Shown here: positions 1 through 11,065 of the stretch, in pieces
Layout: each line of letters opens with the position of its first letter
Position numbering within the stretch: position 1 is the stretch's first letter
Notes under the pieces: generated by a model
What the model saw: the letters and a program-made list of their open reading frames with translations, nothing else
Databases searched by the model: none
What the model was told of the DNA's origin: nothing
NCBI GenBank assembly: GCA_036930585.1
Contig: GCA_036930585.1_3066.1
Origin: a phage
DNA: 64,000 nucleotides
Strand: one strand, 5' to 3'
Position numbers and translations under genes: made by a program

Positions 1-524
<524 letters not shown>

Positions 525-551
525 AATAAAATGGGCCTTGCGGCCCACTCC

Positions 552-1054
552 TTAAAAGTATTTTTTAAAACTCATCATAACTTTATCATCAACATCATTA
601 TCAATCTGTGCAACAAGATAAGATGACAGTTCTACTTCTTGTGGCGCTGATTGAACATTATCAGAATTAAGATATTCACGAATCCAAGGATATGGATGTT
701 TAACCGGAGCATCGGTAATTGGGCATGGAAGACCACACTGTTTCATACGAGATACAGTTAAGTAATCAATAAAGCTCCACATGCTATTTGTATTTAATCC
801 AGGAACATCGCCATCTTTAAATAAATGAACTGCCCAATCTTTTTCTTGGCGGTTAACTTCCATGAAAATATCAACTGCTTCTTGTTCGCACTCTTGAGCA
901 ATTTTAACCCATTCATCGCCATCAGTGCCAAGTTGAAGTTGACGAATAATATATTGGGTGCCTTTAAGGTGAAGCTGCTCATCACGAGCAATGAACTTCA
1001 TAATCTTGGCATTACCTTCCATGATTTCCATGTTCTTATGGAAGTTAAAGGTAC
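552..1054 (-). CDS. nrdB: Ribonucleotide reductase small subunit NrdB, exon 2
   Basis: MEIMEGNAKIMKFIARDE... C-terminal half of class Ia R2; joins exon 1 across intron to give ...FYVSFAC|TFNFHKNMEIMEG. Confidence 0.85.
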
Positions 1055-1648
1055 CGTTATGTTCGATTGAGCTCGCTAATTCTCAACCCGTTCTCTTATG
1101 AACTGCTACATATTACTATGCAGACCAGACTATATCACAATCCCAGAGGGATTCTCCCCATTTCGAGTCGCTTGACCCTACGTCCGAAGACTAGTCGTTG
1201 AACCTTGCTTTGCAATTGTCGCCGTGCCATCGTTTATATGTTGATGGTGATAAATCTTTCTTATCACAATATGGACAATTCAATTGAATTCTATTTGGAT
1301 TTAATTTACATCTGTCATTATGTTTTAGATAAAATCCAGGACATTTACCAATGTGACCGCAGAAATCACATGTGATTTCTTTTTGTGCAGGATGGGTCCC
1401 GTTCTTAACCATTTCTAATGTTTTTGCTGATGTTCTTTTCTTATGGTCTTCCATCAGAATCTTTAGGTATAGGTCCGTTAGCATCTATCCAAATTTTTCT
1501 ATAGTTCAATTGTGCATCCTCTTAAAAGTATAATCATATTATACTAATTAAAGGTGCAAGCAAAACCTTGGCTGCTAGTTTTCCTATAAAGGACTTTCCA
1601 GCAATTAAAGGAGTTTTCGATAAACGTTACCGTTTAAAGGCGCATTTT
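1055..1648 (-). mobile_element. Group I intron in nrdB (594 nt) carrying a truncated homing endonuclease ORF
   Basis: Exon 1 ends in U (1649), intron ends in G (1055); splice restores the Cys codon and reading frame of conserved NrdB. Confidence 0.8.
1191..1484 (-). pseudogene. Intron-encoded endonuclease remnant (I-TevIII-like, 97 aa, zinc-finger part only)
   Basis: ORF inside nrdB intron with CxxC...CxxC motifs but no HNH catalytic region. Confidence 0.55.
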
Positions 1649-2324
1649 ACGCAAAAGATACATAAAAACGAATAGCTTCCAATGCATTGATTACATGGAG
1701 GCAAAGATAAAGAGACTTCATTAGTGCTCGTTTAGCTTCGGCTTCTTGTTTAATAGCTCGATTTAAACGAAAATCAGCATCAGGAGATTCTTTAGCTAGT
1801 TCTACAAATTCTTTAGCGTTTTCCCATTCACGGGTTTTAATCAGAACGTCATCATAATAACGTCCAATGGATTCAGCACGTTTCATGATAGCTTCATCTA
1901 ATACAATCTCATCAAATACCTTAGCAGGGTCATTGAACAAGTTACGCATGATATGGGTATATGAACGACTGTGAATAGTTTCGCTAAAAGTCCATGTAGC
2001 AACCCATGTATCAAGGCTTGGATCTGAAAGCAATGGCATAAGTACAGCAGACGGCGCACGCCCCTGGATGGAGTCTAACAATGACTGGTATTTTAAGTTA
2101 TTGATAAATATAGATTTTTGATGTTCTGGGAGCTTGTTAAATTGTGCAGCATCCATCATTAAGTTTACTTCTTCAGGCCGCCAGAAAAATGATAAAGATC
2201 GCTCAATAAGTTCTTCAAATACCTTATGTCGTTGAATATCATAACGTGCAATTCCAAGACCTGAACCGAAGAACATAGGTTCTGTTAAAACATCAACTGG
2301 ATTTGTATTAAAAACTGTAGACAT
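1649..2324 (-). CDS. nrdB: Ribonucleotide reductase small subunit NrdB, exon 1
   Basis: MSTVFNTNPVDV...EAIRFYVSFA; in-frame TAA immediately after 5' splice site. Confidence 0.85.
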
Positions 2325-2376
2325 TAATTTTTCCTCTTAGTTAATAGTTGGTGACTCGTCCGTGAGTCAAATTATA

Positions 2377-4641
2377 TCATAATTTACACGCTGCACAATC
2401 GTCGGCTTTAGGAGTTTCTATTTCATAATCATCAGTACCAGAACCATCACGGGTATTATGATAATAGAAATTTTTAATGCCATAATACCATCCGTATAAC
2501 ATGTCATCAATCATTATTGACATTGGAACCTTTCCTTTTGGAAAAATCTGCGGGTCATAGTATGTATTCGCTGAAGCTGATTGACATACCCATTTCAGCA
2601 TAATAGCTACCTGCGTAAGATAAGGTTTATTACCTTTCTTAGCTAATTTCCACGTATAATCATAGAGGTCTATGTTATGCTCAATATTGGGCACGACTTG
2701 ATTAAAGGAACCCTCTTTTGATTCTTTAACAGAGACTGGTCCACGTGGAGGCTCGATACCGTTTGTACTGTTAGAAACTTGGGAAGATGACTCACATGGC
2801 ATAAGTGCTGATAATGTGCTATTACGGATGCCAAAGAGCTTAAGGTCTTCCCGCAGCGACGACCAGTCACAAACGTATTTTGGAGCTGCGATTTGGTCAA
2901 TCTTTTTATTGTACCAGTCGATAGGTAATTCGCCTCGAGACCAACGAGTGTCTGAATAATATTCGCAAGGTCCTTTTTCTTTGGCGAGCTTAATGGATGC
3001 TTTAATGAGCCCATACTGTAATCTCTCAAATAGTTCATGTGTTAAATCGTTAGCATCTTCGTAAGAAGCAAAGTTACTTGCCAGCCAAGCTGCATAGTTA
3101 GTAACACCTACACCGAGGTTTCGACGCTTTTTAGCTTTTAAAGCTTCTGGAACTGGATATCCTTGGTAATCCAACAGATTATCAAGAGCACGAACTTGAA
3201 CTTCTGCCAATTCATTAATTTTATCTTGGTCTTGCCAGTCAAAATTATCTAGTACGAATGCAGAGAGAGTACACAATCCAATTTCAGCATCAGGACTATT
3301 CACATCATTTGTTGGAATAGCAATTTCACAGCACAAGTTACTCTGGCGAATAGGTGCCTTTTCACGAATAAACGGAGTATAGTTATTCGTATTATCAATG
3401 AACTGCACATAAATCCTTGCCGTTCCTGAACGTTCAGTCATGAGCAATTCAAATAGTTCACGGGCTTTAATACGCTTTTTGCGAATATTAGGGTCTTTTT
3501 CTGCTGCTTCGTATAATTCACGGAAACGGTCTTGGTCTTTAAAATAAGAATAATAAAGCTCTCCACCCATTTCATGCGGACTGAACAAAGTAATGTAATC
3601 ATTCTTTCCGAATCGTTCCATCATTAGGTCATTCAGTTGAACGCCATAATCCATATGACGGATACGGTTTTCTTCTACGCCTTTGTTATTTTTCAAAACG
3701 AGAAGATTTTCAACTTCCAAATGCCAAATAGGATAATAAGCAGTAGCAGCGCCGCCACGAATTCCACCCTGTGAGCATGATTTAACAGCAGTCTGAAAAT
3801 GTTTCCAAAAAGGAATAACACCAGTATGGCGTACTTCACCTGTGCCAATCTTAGAACCTTCAGCACGAATCATACCAACGTTAATACCAATTCCAGCGCG
3901 TTTAGAGATATATTCAACAATTGAAGCAGAAGCCTTATTGATAGACTTCAGTGAATCGCCTGCCTCAATAACAACACATGAACTAAACTGCCGAGTTGGA
4001 GTACGGCAACCAGCCATAATAGGAGTTGGTAATGAAATCTGTCGAGTAGATACCGCTTCATAAAAACGGATAACATGTTTTAATCTATCAACAGGTTCAT
4101 CTTGATGCAATGCCATTCCAATAGTCATAAATGCAAACTGTGGAGTTTCATAAATTTGACCAGTGGTTTTATCTTTAACTAGATATTTTTCTTTTAATTG
4201 CATCGCCCCGGAATAAGTAAATTCCATATCCCGCTCGTGCTTAATTTTTGATTCTAAAAATGTAATTTCTTCTGCTGAATATTTTGACAATAATTCAGGG
4301 TCATATTTACCTTCATTTACACAGTAAGAAATATGGTCAATAAATGAACGTGGTTCATACTGCCCATAAACATGCTTACGAAGAGCAAACATTAAACAGC
4401 GTGCAGCTACATATTGATAATCAGGCTCTTCAACCGAAATAGAATTCGCAGCGGCCTTAATGACAATAGTCTGAATGTCATCAGTTGTCATTCCATCACG
4501 GAGATATGATTTAATATTTTCATATAATTCATAAGGATCTACTGATGTTCCCTCAGATGCCCAAGATAAAACTTTAATAATTTTTTGCGGGTCAAAGCTC
4601 TGAGAAACACCACTACTTTTGATAACATTAATTAATTGCAT
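2377..4641 (-). CDS. nrdA: Ribonucleotide reductase large subunit NrdA (754 aa)
   Basis: 754-aa ORF with class Ia R1 features (C-terminal CxxC, active-site region); length matches T4 NrdA. Confidence 0.95.
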   Translation of the reverse strand: MQLINVIKSSGVSQSFDPQKIIKVLSWASEGTSVDPYELYENIKSYLRDGMTTDDIQTIVIKAAANSISVEEPDYQYVAARCLMFALRKHVYGQYEPRSFIDHISYCVNEGKYDPELLSKYSAEEITFLESKIKHERDMEFTYSGAMQLKEKYLVKDKTTGQIYETPQFAFMTIGMALHQDEPVDRLKHVIRFYEAVSTRQISLPTPIMAGCRTPTRQFSSCVVIEAGDSLKSINKASASIVEYISKRAGIGINVGMIRAEGSKIGTGEVRHTGVIPFWKHFQTAVKSCSQGGIRGGAATAYYPIWHLEVENLLVLKNNKGVEENRIRHMDYGVQLNDLMMERFGKNDYITLFSPHEMGGELYYSYFKDQDRFRELYEAAEKDPNIRKKRIKARELFELLMTERSGTARIYVQFIDNTNNYTPFIREKAPIRQSNLCCEIAIPTNDVNSPDAEIGLCTLSAFVLDNFDWQDQDKINELAEVQVRALDNLLDYQGYPVPEALKAKKRRNLGVGVTNYAAWLASNFASYEDANDLTHELFERLQYGLIKASIKLAKEKGPCEYYSDTRWSRGELPIDWYNKKIDQIAAPKYVCDWSSLREDLKLFGIRNSTLSALMPCESSSQVSNSTNGIEPPRGPVSVKESKEGSFNQVVPNIEHNIDLYDYTWKLAKKGNKPYLTQVAIMLKWVCQSASANTYYDPQIFPKGKVPMSIMIDDMLYGWYYGIKNFYYHNTRDGSGTDDYEIETPKADDCAACKL

Positions 4642-4775
4642 AAGTCCTCAACTTGAAAATCGTCTTTAAACAATCGGTTAACTATATGAGCTATTATATC
4701 ACCATGACACGGCTTTGGTTTACATGTGCATCCTAGCCTCATTCCACGTAAAGGCTCTAAATGTGCTTTAGTTAT

Positions 4776-4958
4776 TTATCCGGATTTAATTCGACGTATA
4801 AAATCTTTTTTGAATAATTCAATGGCAGCCTCCCGGCTGCCAGCATCTTTACCGACGTAATTTCCCCAAAATGTACCACGGTGAATATTAACATCAAAGT
4901 CGGATTTATATTTATTCACTACCTGGCATAGACGGCCCGCGCGGTGATAATTCGTCAT
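4776..4958 (-). CDS. Hypothetical small protein (DUF4326-like core [12 protein letters not shown])
   Basis: 60-aa ORF overlapping the next ORF by 47 nt in another frame. Confidence 0.45.
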   Translation of the reverse strand: MTNYHRAGRLCQVVNKYKSDFDVNIHRGTFWGNYVGKDAGSREAAIELFKKDFIRRIKSG

Positions 4959-5175
4959 ATTGTTTTTCCGTTAAAACAGTAATATCATAGTAACAATCAG
5001 AAGAAGTTTTAACTGTAGAAATTTTATTATCAAAATACTCACGAGTCATTTTATGAGTATAATATTTTTTGCCATAAATGATAATAGGCTGATTTGGTCC
5101 TGGAACTTCTAACTCACTTGGGTTAGGAAGTGTAAAAAGAACTACACCAGAAGTATCTTTAAATCGTAAAATCAT
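4912..5175 (-). CDS. Hypothetical protein (87 aa)
   Basis: ORF between td and nrdA; no recognisable motif. Confidence 0.45.
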   Translation of the reverse strand: MILRFKDTSGVVLFTLPNPSELEVPGPNQPIIIYGKKYYTHKMTREYFDNKISTVKTSSDCYYDITVLTEKQYDELSPRGPSMPGSE

Positions 5176-5198
5176 AAATCCTCACAATTAAATTAAAA

Positions 5199-5510
5199 TT
5201 ACACCGCCATTTTTCCTTTCAAGACGCCGTGGGACTGATAATCTTTGAGAACGAAATCTTTAGGCCTGAGTTTAAGAATGTATTCCAATTGTTCTTTAGT
5301 AGAAAGATAGCGGAATTTATAAGGCAATCCGCCTATTACCAGTTCACAAAGCTCTTTAGGTTCACGACGCAAAATTTCTTTACATTGTTCTACGTGATTC
5401 ATATAGATGTGAGTATTACCACCGGAAAATATCAAATCTCCCGGAATAAGATTACACATCTTAGCTACAATATGAACTAACGTAGCATATGATGCAATAT
5501 TAAATGGAAG
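5199..5510 (-). CDS. td: Thymidylate synthase, exon 2
   Basis: LPFNIASYATLVHIVAKMCNL...GGNTHIYMNHVEQ, C-terminal part of ThyA-type TS. Confidence 0.9.
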   Translation of the reverse strand, partial: LPFNIASYATLVHIVAKMCNLIPGDLIFSGGNTHIYMNHVEQCKEILRREPKELCELVIGGLPYKFRYLSTKEQLEYILKLRPKDFVLKDYQSHGVLKGKMAV

Positions 5511-5830
5511 CATTATGTTCAGATAAGGTCGTTAATCTTACCCCGGAATTATATCCAGCTGCATGTCACCATGCAGATCAGACTATATCTTCAACTTGTT
5601 AAAGCAAGTTGTCTATCGTTTCGAGTCACTTGACCCTACTCCCCAAAGGGATAGTCGTTAGGCATTTATGTAGAACCAATTCCATTTATCAGATTTTACA
5701 CGGTAAGTAACTAATCCTGATGAAATTATTAAAGGGTAGTCCTACAATTTAGCACGGGATTGTCTACTAGAGAGGTCCCCCGTTTAGATAGATTACAAGT
5801 ATAAGTCACCTTATACCTAGGCCTCAATTA
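5511..5830 (-). mobile_element. td group I intron, ORF-less (320 nt)
   Basis: Intron starts UAAUUGAGGCC after exon ...UUGGGU and ends ...ACAUAAUG; only the last ~23 codons of an I-TevI-like ORF (..GLVTYRVKSDKWNWFYINA*) remain. Confidence 0.85.
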
Positions 5831-6379
5831 ACCCAAGAAAACATCTACACTGCGTTGATACCATTGTAAATCAAGATAACCATTACGCACATTAAACTGA
5901 TAGAACATATGACAAGGTGGTAATGCCATATATTTAAGTTCAGCTGGATTCCACGCAGAAACAATTTGACGCCTATCACTTGGTAGTTTTTTAATACGAT
6001 CAATAACTTCTATAATTTGGTCTACACCGCCAAAATCGCGCCACTGTTTTCCATAAATTGGGCCAAGTTCACCACTATGGTATCCTAAATCTTTTGCCTG
6101 ATTTTCGTAATTTTCATCCCAAACTGTTTTGCCTTGGATTAACGAATCATGCTGAATTAATCGTAAATCATTGACATTTGTGCTTCCTGATAAAAACCAA
6201 AGTAGCTCAGCAATGCAAGCTTTCCAGGCGAGCTTCTTAGTTGTTACCGCAGGAAAACCTTTAGTTAAATCCCAGCGTAATTTAGTACCGAATAAAGCAA
6301 TTGTTCCTGTGCCTGTTCGGTCATCGGTTTCATAGCCATTTTCAAAAATGTCTTTAATTAAATCTTGGTATTGTTTCAT
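5831..6379 (-). CDS. td: Thymidylate synthase, exon 1
   Basis: MKQYQDLIKDIFENGYETDDRTGTGT... 183 codons; exons 1+2 give 286 aa. Confidence 0.9.
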
Positions 6380-6424
6380 TTAGTACCTTATATAAATTAT
6401 AATACATTTTATGAAGCTAAATAA

Positions 6425-6772
6425 TCAATACGGTTTAGCATCAAATTTTCTCTCAATTTCAGGTGTGAAATATAATTCTTTACCACGTTTGGAAAAGCGA
6501 CCAATAATATGATAATTATTCTCATCAAACATGATATTACCAATATCCATAGCTTTCAACCAAATATCGATATTTCTATCCAGCTTTATGTCAAAATTCC
6601 AATACGGAGAACTATTACCGAAAATACTGCAAGCGGATTCAGTGAAACAACTGCTATAAATCTTGTCTTTAGGAACTACTAATTGATAGACACCTTTAAT
6701 AAACTGAGGACCCTGCCACTTTGGCTGTTTCGTGTCTTTTTCTAATAGAATAGGGTAATAATTAAAATTCAT
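6425..6772 (-). CDS. Hypothetical protein (115 aa) inserted between frd and td
   Basis: Intact ORF filling a ~410-bp gap between frd stop and td start; no recognisable motif. Confidence 0.5.
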   Translation of the reverse strand: MNFNYYPILLEKDTKQPKWQGPQFIKGVYQLVVPKDKIYSSCFTESACSIFGNSSPYWNFDIKLDRNIDIWLKAMDIGNIMFDENNYHIIGRFSKRGKELYFTPEIERKFDAKPY

Positions 6773-6791
6773 ATTTCCGCCACGCGTTATT

Positions 6792-7618
<827 letters not shown>

Positions 7619-7628
7619 ATTATTTTCC

Positions 7629-7871
7629 TTAAACAGACTTTTTCACAATTTTCCAATCAGCTTTAAACTGCTCGACGTCAGAATGGTAAATCCAAAATCC
7701 TGCGCTTTCTCCATCCTCATAAAGAGGGCATCCATCACATTCATCTTCCCATCCCATGTCACGTAAAAGATGTTCAGCTTTTTCAACAAGTTCAGAATCT
7801 TTACCGATGATATTAAAATACCATTTACCTCTAACTTCCGAATCTTTAATGCTCTGACGTTGTAATCTCAT
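7629..7871 (-). CDS. Hypothetical protein (frd.2-like, 80 aa)
   Basis: ORF track. Confidence 0.55.
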   Translation of the reverse strand: MRLQRQSIKDSEVRGKWYFNIIGKDSELVEKAEHLLRDMGWEDECDGCPLYEDGESAGFWIYHSDVEQFKADWKIVKKSV

Positions 7872-7980
7872 TTTATTCTCCTTAGCAAGCTTTAATCAAA
7901 AGATATAAACAAACCAACATAACTGCTGCCATAATATAAGGTGCTAACATTTTCTTTTCTCCATTAGTTTTGATAGGGTA

Positions 7981-8011
7981 ATAGTATCACACTACTACCC
8001 TGCTGTAAACT
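7981..8011 (-). promoter_or_regulatory. T4-type early promoter (GTTTAC -35, 17 nt, TACTAT -10)
   Basis: Minus strand reads GTTTACAGCAGGGTAGTAGTGTGATACTAT. Confidence 0.5.
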
Positions 8012-8411
8012 ACTTTTTGAAAGTTTTTCGCAAAAGTTCAATGATTTCATCTACATTGTTTTCGTCAACAATGCAGTGAATTTTTGTTACGCCAGAAACC
8101 TTGTCTTTGACTTCATCTTCTTCAGAAGTTGGTTCTTTATATTCGCGGAAACAATAAAACTCTTCTTCACTAAGTTCAAAATAATCATCACCCATACCAT
8201 CATCATTATAGATTTCACCATTAGCACAAATGATTTCGGTTACATAATCAAAGCCATCTAAACTTGATATTGATTTAACTTCAAACCAACCACCATTTTC
8301 TTGAATGATGCCGACCATATTAGCATTTGATGAACTAATATCAATGAAAGATTTAATACGGTGTGGATTTAACTCGTATTTTTTGCCGATTTCCATTTTG
8401 ATTTTCCTCAT
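8010..8411 (-). CDS. Hypothetical protein (frd.3-like, 133 aa)
   Basis: ORF track. Confidence 0.55.
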   Translation of the reverse strand: MRKIKMEIGKKYELNPHRIKSFIDISSSNANMVGIIQENGGWFEVKSISSLDGFDYVTEIICANGEIYNDDGMGDDYFELSEEEFYCFREYKEPTSEEDEVKDKVSGVTKIHCIVDENNVDEIIELLRKTFKK

Positions 8412-8441
8412 TTTAATAGGGGCTTAATAGCCCCTTGATAA

Positions 8442-8669
8442 TTATTGTTCAATCATTCCCATGTAAAATTCTGTGTCTTCAGCATCCATACCATCACAAT
8501 ATTCATTAGCCATAAAGCGGGTGAGGTCTTCAAGAGGACCTTCAATAACGATTTGAATACTCCAAAACTTAGAATCTTGCACGCTTGTGATACTAAGTTC
8601 AGGATAACGATTACGAATAATCTCTTCAATATATTCAAAATCAACGATGTCAATATCAACTTTAGCCAT
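8442..8669 (-). CDS. Hypothetical small acidic protein (75 aa)
   Basis: Start moved to ATG 8669 (MAKVDIDIV...) with AAAGAGGAAAACAAT spacer; track N-terminal extension overlaps the upstream promoter. Confidence 0.5.
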   Translation of the reverse strand: MAKVDIDIVDFEYIEEIIRNRYPELSITSVQDSKFWSIQIVIEGPLEDLTRFMANEYCDGMDAEDTEFYMGMIEQ

Positions 8670-8712
8670 ATTGTTTTCCTCTTTAATCATCAGCAGTATT
8701 GCCGATAGTTGT

Positions 8713-8743
8713 ATAGTACCATGGAAGAACAAGGATGTAAACA
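8713..8743 (-). promoter_or_regulatory. T4-type early promoter with A/T-rich upstream element
   Basis: Minus strand AAAATTTTTCACAAAACTGTTTACA-17nt-TACTAT. Confidence 0.6.
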
Positions 8744-8760
8744 GTTTTGTGAAAAATTTT

Positions 8761-8791
8761 TAAAATAAAAAAGGGGACCTCTAGGGTCCCC
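8761..8791 (-). terminator. Intrinsic terminator downstream of gene 32
   Basis: GGGGACC/GGTCCCC stem-loop followed on minus strand by UUUUUUAUUUU. Confidence 0.7.
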
Positions 8792-8813
8792 AATTAATTA
8801 GTAATATAATCTA

Positions 8814-9722
8814 TTAAAGGTCATTCAAAAGGTCATCCAGGTCCGTGTCATCAGCACTAGATGAACTGTCAGAGCTTGAGCTCATAAAATCATCTTCAGT
8901 TTTTGTATTGAAGTCATCAACATTGAATGCATCCAAATCATCAGCAACTTTATCAGCTTTCTTAGCAGCAGTTGCAGCGGCACCGCCCATCACAGCAGTT
9001 CCCATAACTTGACCGAATTTAGTGCTCAGTTCTTCAAATGATTTGAATTTATCTTTAGAAGTCATTTCAGAAAGGTCAACCATTTGTTCGAACAGTTCTT
9101 TCTGGAAAGATTCATCGTCAATGTTTGGAATCGCAGATTGATTCAGGAATTTAGATTCGTCGTAGTTACTAAATCCAGAAACCTGTTTAACTTTCAGTAC
9201 AAAGTTAGCACCTTCCCACGGACAAGTTACATCAACCGGAGTTTCACCCATTTCAACATCAACCGCAATCATCGCGTTGATTTTATCCCAGATTTTCTTA
9301 CCGAAACGATATTTAAATACTTTACCTTCGTTTTCTGGAGCAGCTGGGTCTTTTACAACAAGAATGTTAGCCCAGTAAGAAGTTTTACGTTTAACAAGAC
9401 TGTACTCTTTATTGTCAGTGTTGTACAGATCATTTTTACTGATGTATTGACATACTGGGCAAGAATCGTAATCACCGTGGGTAGATGAACATGTTTCAAT
9501 ATACCATTTACCATTTTTCTTGAAACCGTGATTTACAAGAATTGCGAATGGTGCTTGTTCATCATTTTTAGACGGAAGAAAACGAATTACTGCTTGACCG
9601 TTACCCGCATTGTCGAGTTTCAGTTTCCACTCGCCTTTATCTTCAGAAGAAAAACCACCTTTATTTCCAGCCAGTTTAGCCATTTGTGCAGCGAGTTCAG
9701 CAGTAGATTTGCGTTTAAACAT
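8814..9722 (-). CDS. 32: Single-stranded DNA-binding protein gp32
   Basis: [17 protein letters not shown]... 302 aa with acidic C-terminal tail; matches T4 gp32 as recalled. Confidence 0.95.
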   Translation of the reverse strand: MFKRKSTAELAAQMAKLAGNKGGFSSEDKGEWKLKLDNAGNGQAVIRFLPSKNDEQAPFAILVNHGFKKNGKWYIETCSSTHGDYDSCPVCQYISKNDLYNTDNKEYSLVKRKTSYWANILVVKDPAAPENEGKVFKYRFGKKIWDKINAMIAVDVEMGETPVDVTCPWEGANFVLKVKQVSGFSNYDESKFLNQSAIPNIDDESFQKELFEQMVDLSEMTSKDKFKSFEELSTKFGQVMGTAVMGGAAATAAKKADKVADDLDAFNVDDFNTKTEDDFMSSSSDSSSSADDTDLDDLLNDL

Positions 9723-9800
9723 TTTTATTTCCTTTTTAATTTAATTAACAGTTGGTGCTATGACGATGTATGACCTCATAGCTGGTCAGTGAGATAATTA
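9723..9800 (-). promoter_or_regulatory. Gene 32 mRNA leader: autoregulatory operator (pseudoknot plus unstructured AAUUAAAUUAAAAAGGAAAUAAAAAUG)
   Basis: Sequence GCUAUGAGGUCAUACAUCGUCAUAGCACC... upstream of the gp32 ATG matches the known translational operator. Confidence 0.6.
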
Positions 9801-9805
9801 TAATC

Positions 9806-9813
9806 TATTTATA
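9806..9813 (-). promoter_or_regulatory. Late promoter TATAAATA upstream of gene 32
   Basis: Minus strand TATAAATA. Confidence 0.45.
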
Positions 9814-9821
9814 ATAAGCAA

Positions 9822-10475
9822 TTAATACTTGCAAGATTTCACAGTTTCAATGAAAACATTTTTAGCTTTCTGTGAATCAATATTTAAAATTTTTCTATAA
9901 GCCTTTAACTTTATAGAATAATTATTCCAGACTAAATTATCAGTCTGTTCATCATGTTTATCAATTATATTTAAAAACGAATCAAGCAAGATAAACGTCT
10001 CAAACGAAATTATATTCGATTGAAGTAGTTTAAAAATATAACTTGATTGAACTTTTGGATTATATTCAAAGATTTCTTTAAAAGCAGAAACTTCAACTTT
10101 TTTACTAAAATAGTAAATATTGCGAATATCTTCTTCAAACTTAAATTTAATTTGCTTTAAGCGTCCGATATATTCACGATAAAACACAAGTGCATCGGCG
10201 TCAGAGATGTCACCAATCCAAGCATCCTGGTTAGCAACAAGATTGCTTATAAAGATTAAAGCAAGTTCCTTTAATTTATATTTTTCTGATAACTTCTGGA
10301 AAAAATACTTATCCCTTCGCTTTTGATAAGCGGCATCAGACACCCGCATGCACCAATTATACTTAATTACATCATACTTTCCATTCATATGTTGTTTTAT
10401 CATTAAGTATAATTTATAAACTGATTTACCATCAATATATCTTTCACCACCAGCAGGCATGCGGAGTTTAATCAT
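9822..10475 (-). CDS. 59: Helicase loader gp59
   Basis: 217-aa ORF MIKLRMPAGGERYIDGKS...; length and sequence as T4 gp59. Confidence 0.9.
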   Translation of the reverse strand: MIKLRMPAGGERYIDGKSVYKLYLMIKQHMNGKYDVIKYNWCMRVSDAAYQKRRDKYFFQKLSEKYKLKELALIFISNLVANQDAWIGDISDADALVFYREYIGRLKQIKFKFEEDIRNIYYFSKKVEVSAFKEIFEYNPKVQSSYIFKLLQSNIISFETFILLDSFLNIIDKHDEQTDNLVWNNYSIKLKAYRKILNIDSQKAKNVFIETVKSCKY

Positions 10476-10810
10476 AGTAGAAAATCTAATGTATTAGTTT
10501 TTTCACAACGAACAACAGAAGGACGTAAAAGATTTTCGTCAATAGCTTCTGACTGAATTTTTTCAATTATACCCGAAGGAATAAATTTAGCAAATTGAGT
10601 TTCAGGAATAGAATTTTCTTCCAAGAATGCTGTTGTAGCTTCAAGATAACTCATTCCAAACTCTTCTACCATTTTTTCAATAATAAATCCATTTTCTTGG
10701 CGGTCAAGAAGTTTTGCTATTTCATCCTTTTCTTTCTTAATTGAAAGTTCTTTTTCTGAAAGACCGGTCTCATCGACCGGACGAATATCATTTAGAGAAA
10801 ACTGTGTCAT
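10472..10810 (-). CDS. 33: Late transcription co-activator gp33
   Basis: 112-aa product from ATG 10810 (MTQFSLNDIRP...). Confidence 0.85.
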   Translation of the reverse strand: MTQFSLNDIRPVDETGLSEKELSIKKEKDEIAKLLDRQENGFIIEKMVEEFGMSYLEATTAFLEENSIPETQFAKFIPSGIIEKIQSEAIDENLLRPSVVRCEKTNTLDFLL

Positions 10811-11057
10811 AAAGTTCAACTACCTCTTCGGTTTCAGCTTCAAACACATCACGGTTATCTTTATGATACAAAGCTAATAGACGATTAAACATCTTACCAT
10901 CAACGCCAAGTTCATCTTTGGCACGAATTCGAATATCTTTAATCAGTTCATTATAACCGGAAATTTTCAGTTTATGATCAGATGCTTCTTTAATAAATTT
11001 AGCCAAGTCTTCGCCATGGATAGCTTCATCAAATTCAACCATTTCTTTTTTAGCCAT
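10788..11057 (-). CDS. dsbA: dsDNA-binding protein DsbA (late transcription enhancer)
   Basis: 89-aa ORF MAKKEMVEFDEAIHGEDLAKF... Confidence 0.8.
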   Translation of the reverse strand: MAKKEMVEFDEAIHGEDLAKFIKEASDHKLKISGYNELIKDIRIRAKDELGVDGKMFNRLLALYHKDNRDVFEAETEEVVELYDTVFSK

Positions 11058-11065
11058 TATTCACC

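Noticed and set aside
5199-6379. td and nrdB read as disrupted pseudogenes
   Set aside because: The interruptions have group I intron boundaries (exon U, terminal G) and splicing restores conserved protein sequence in frame
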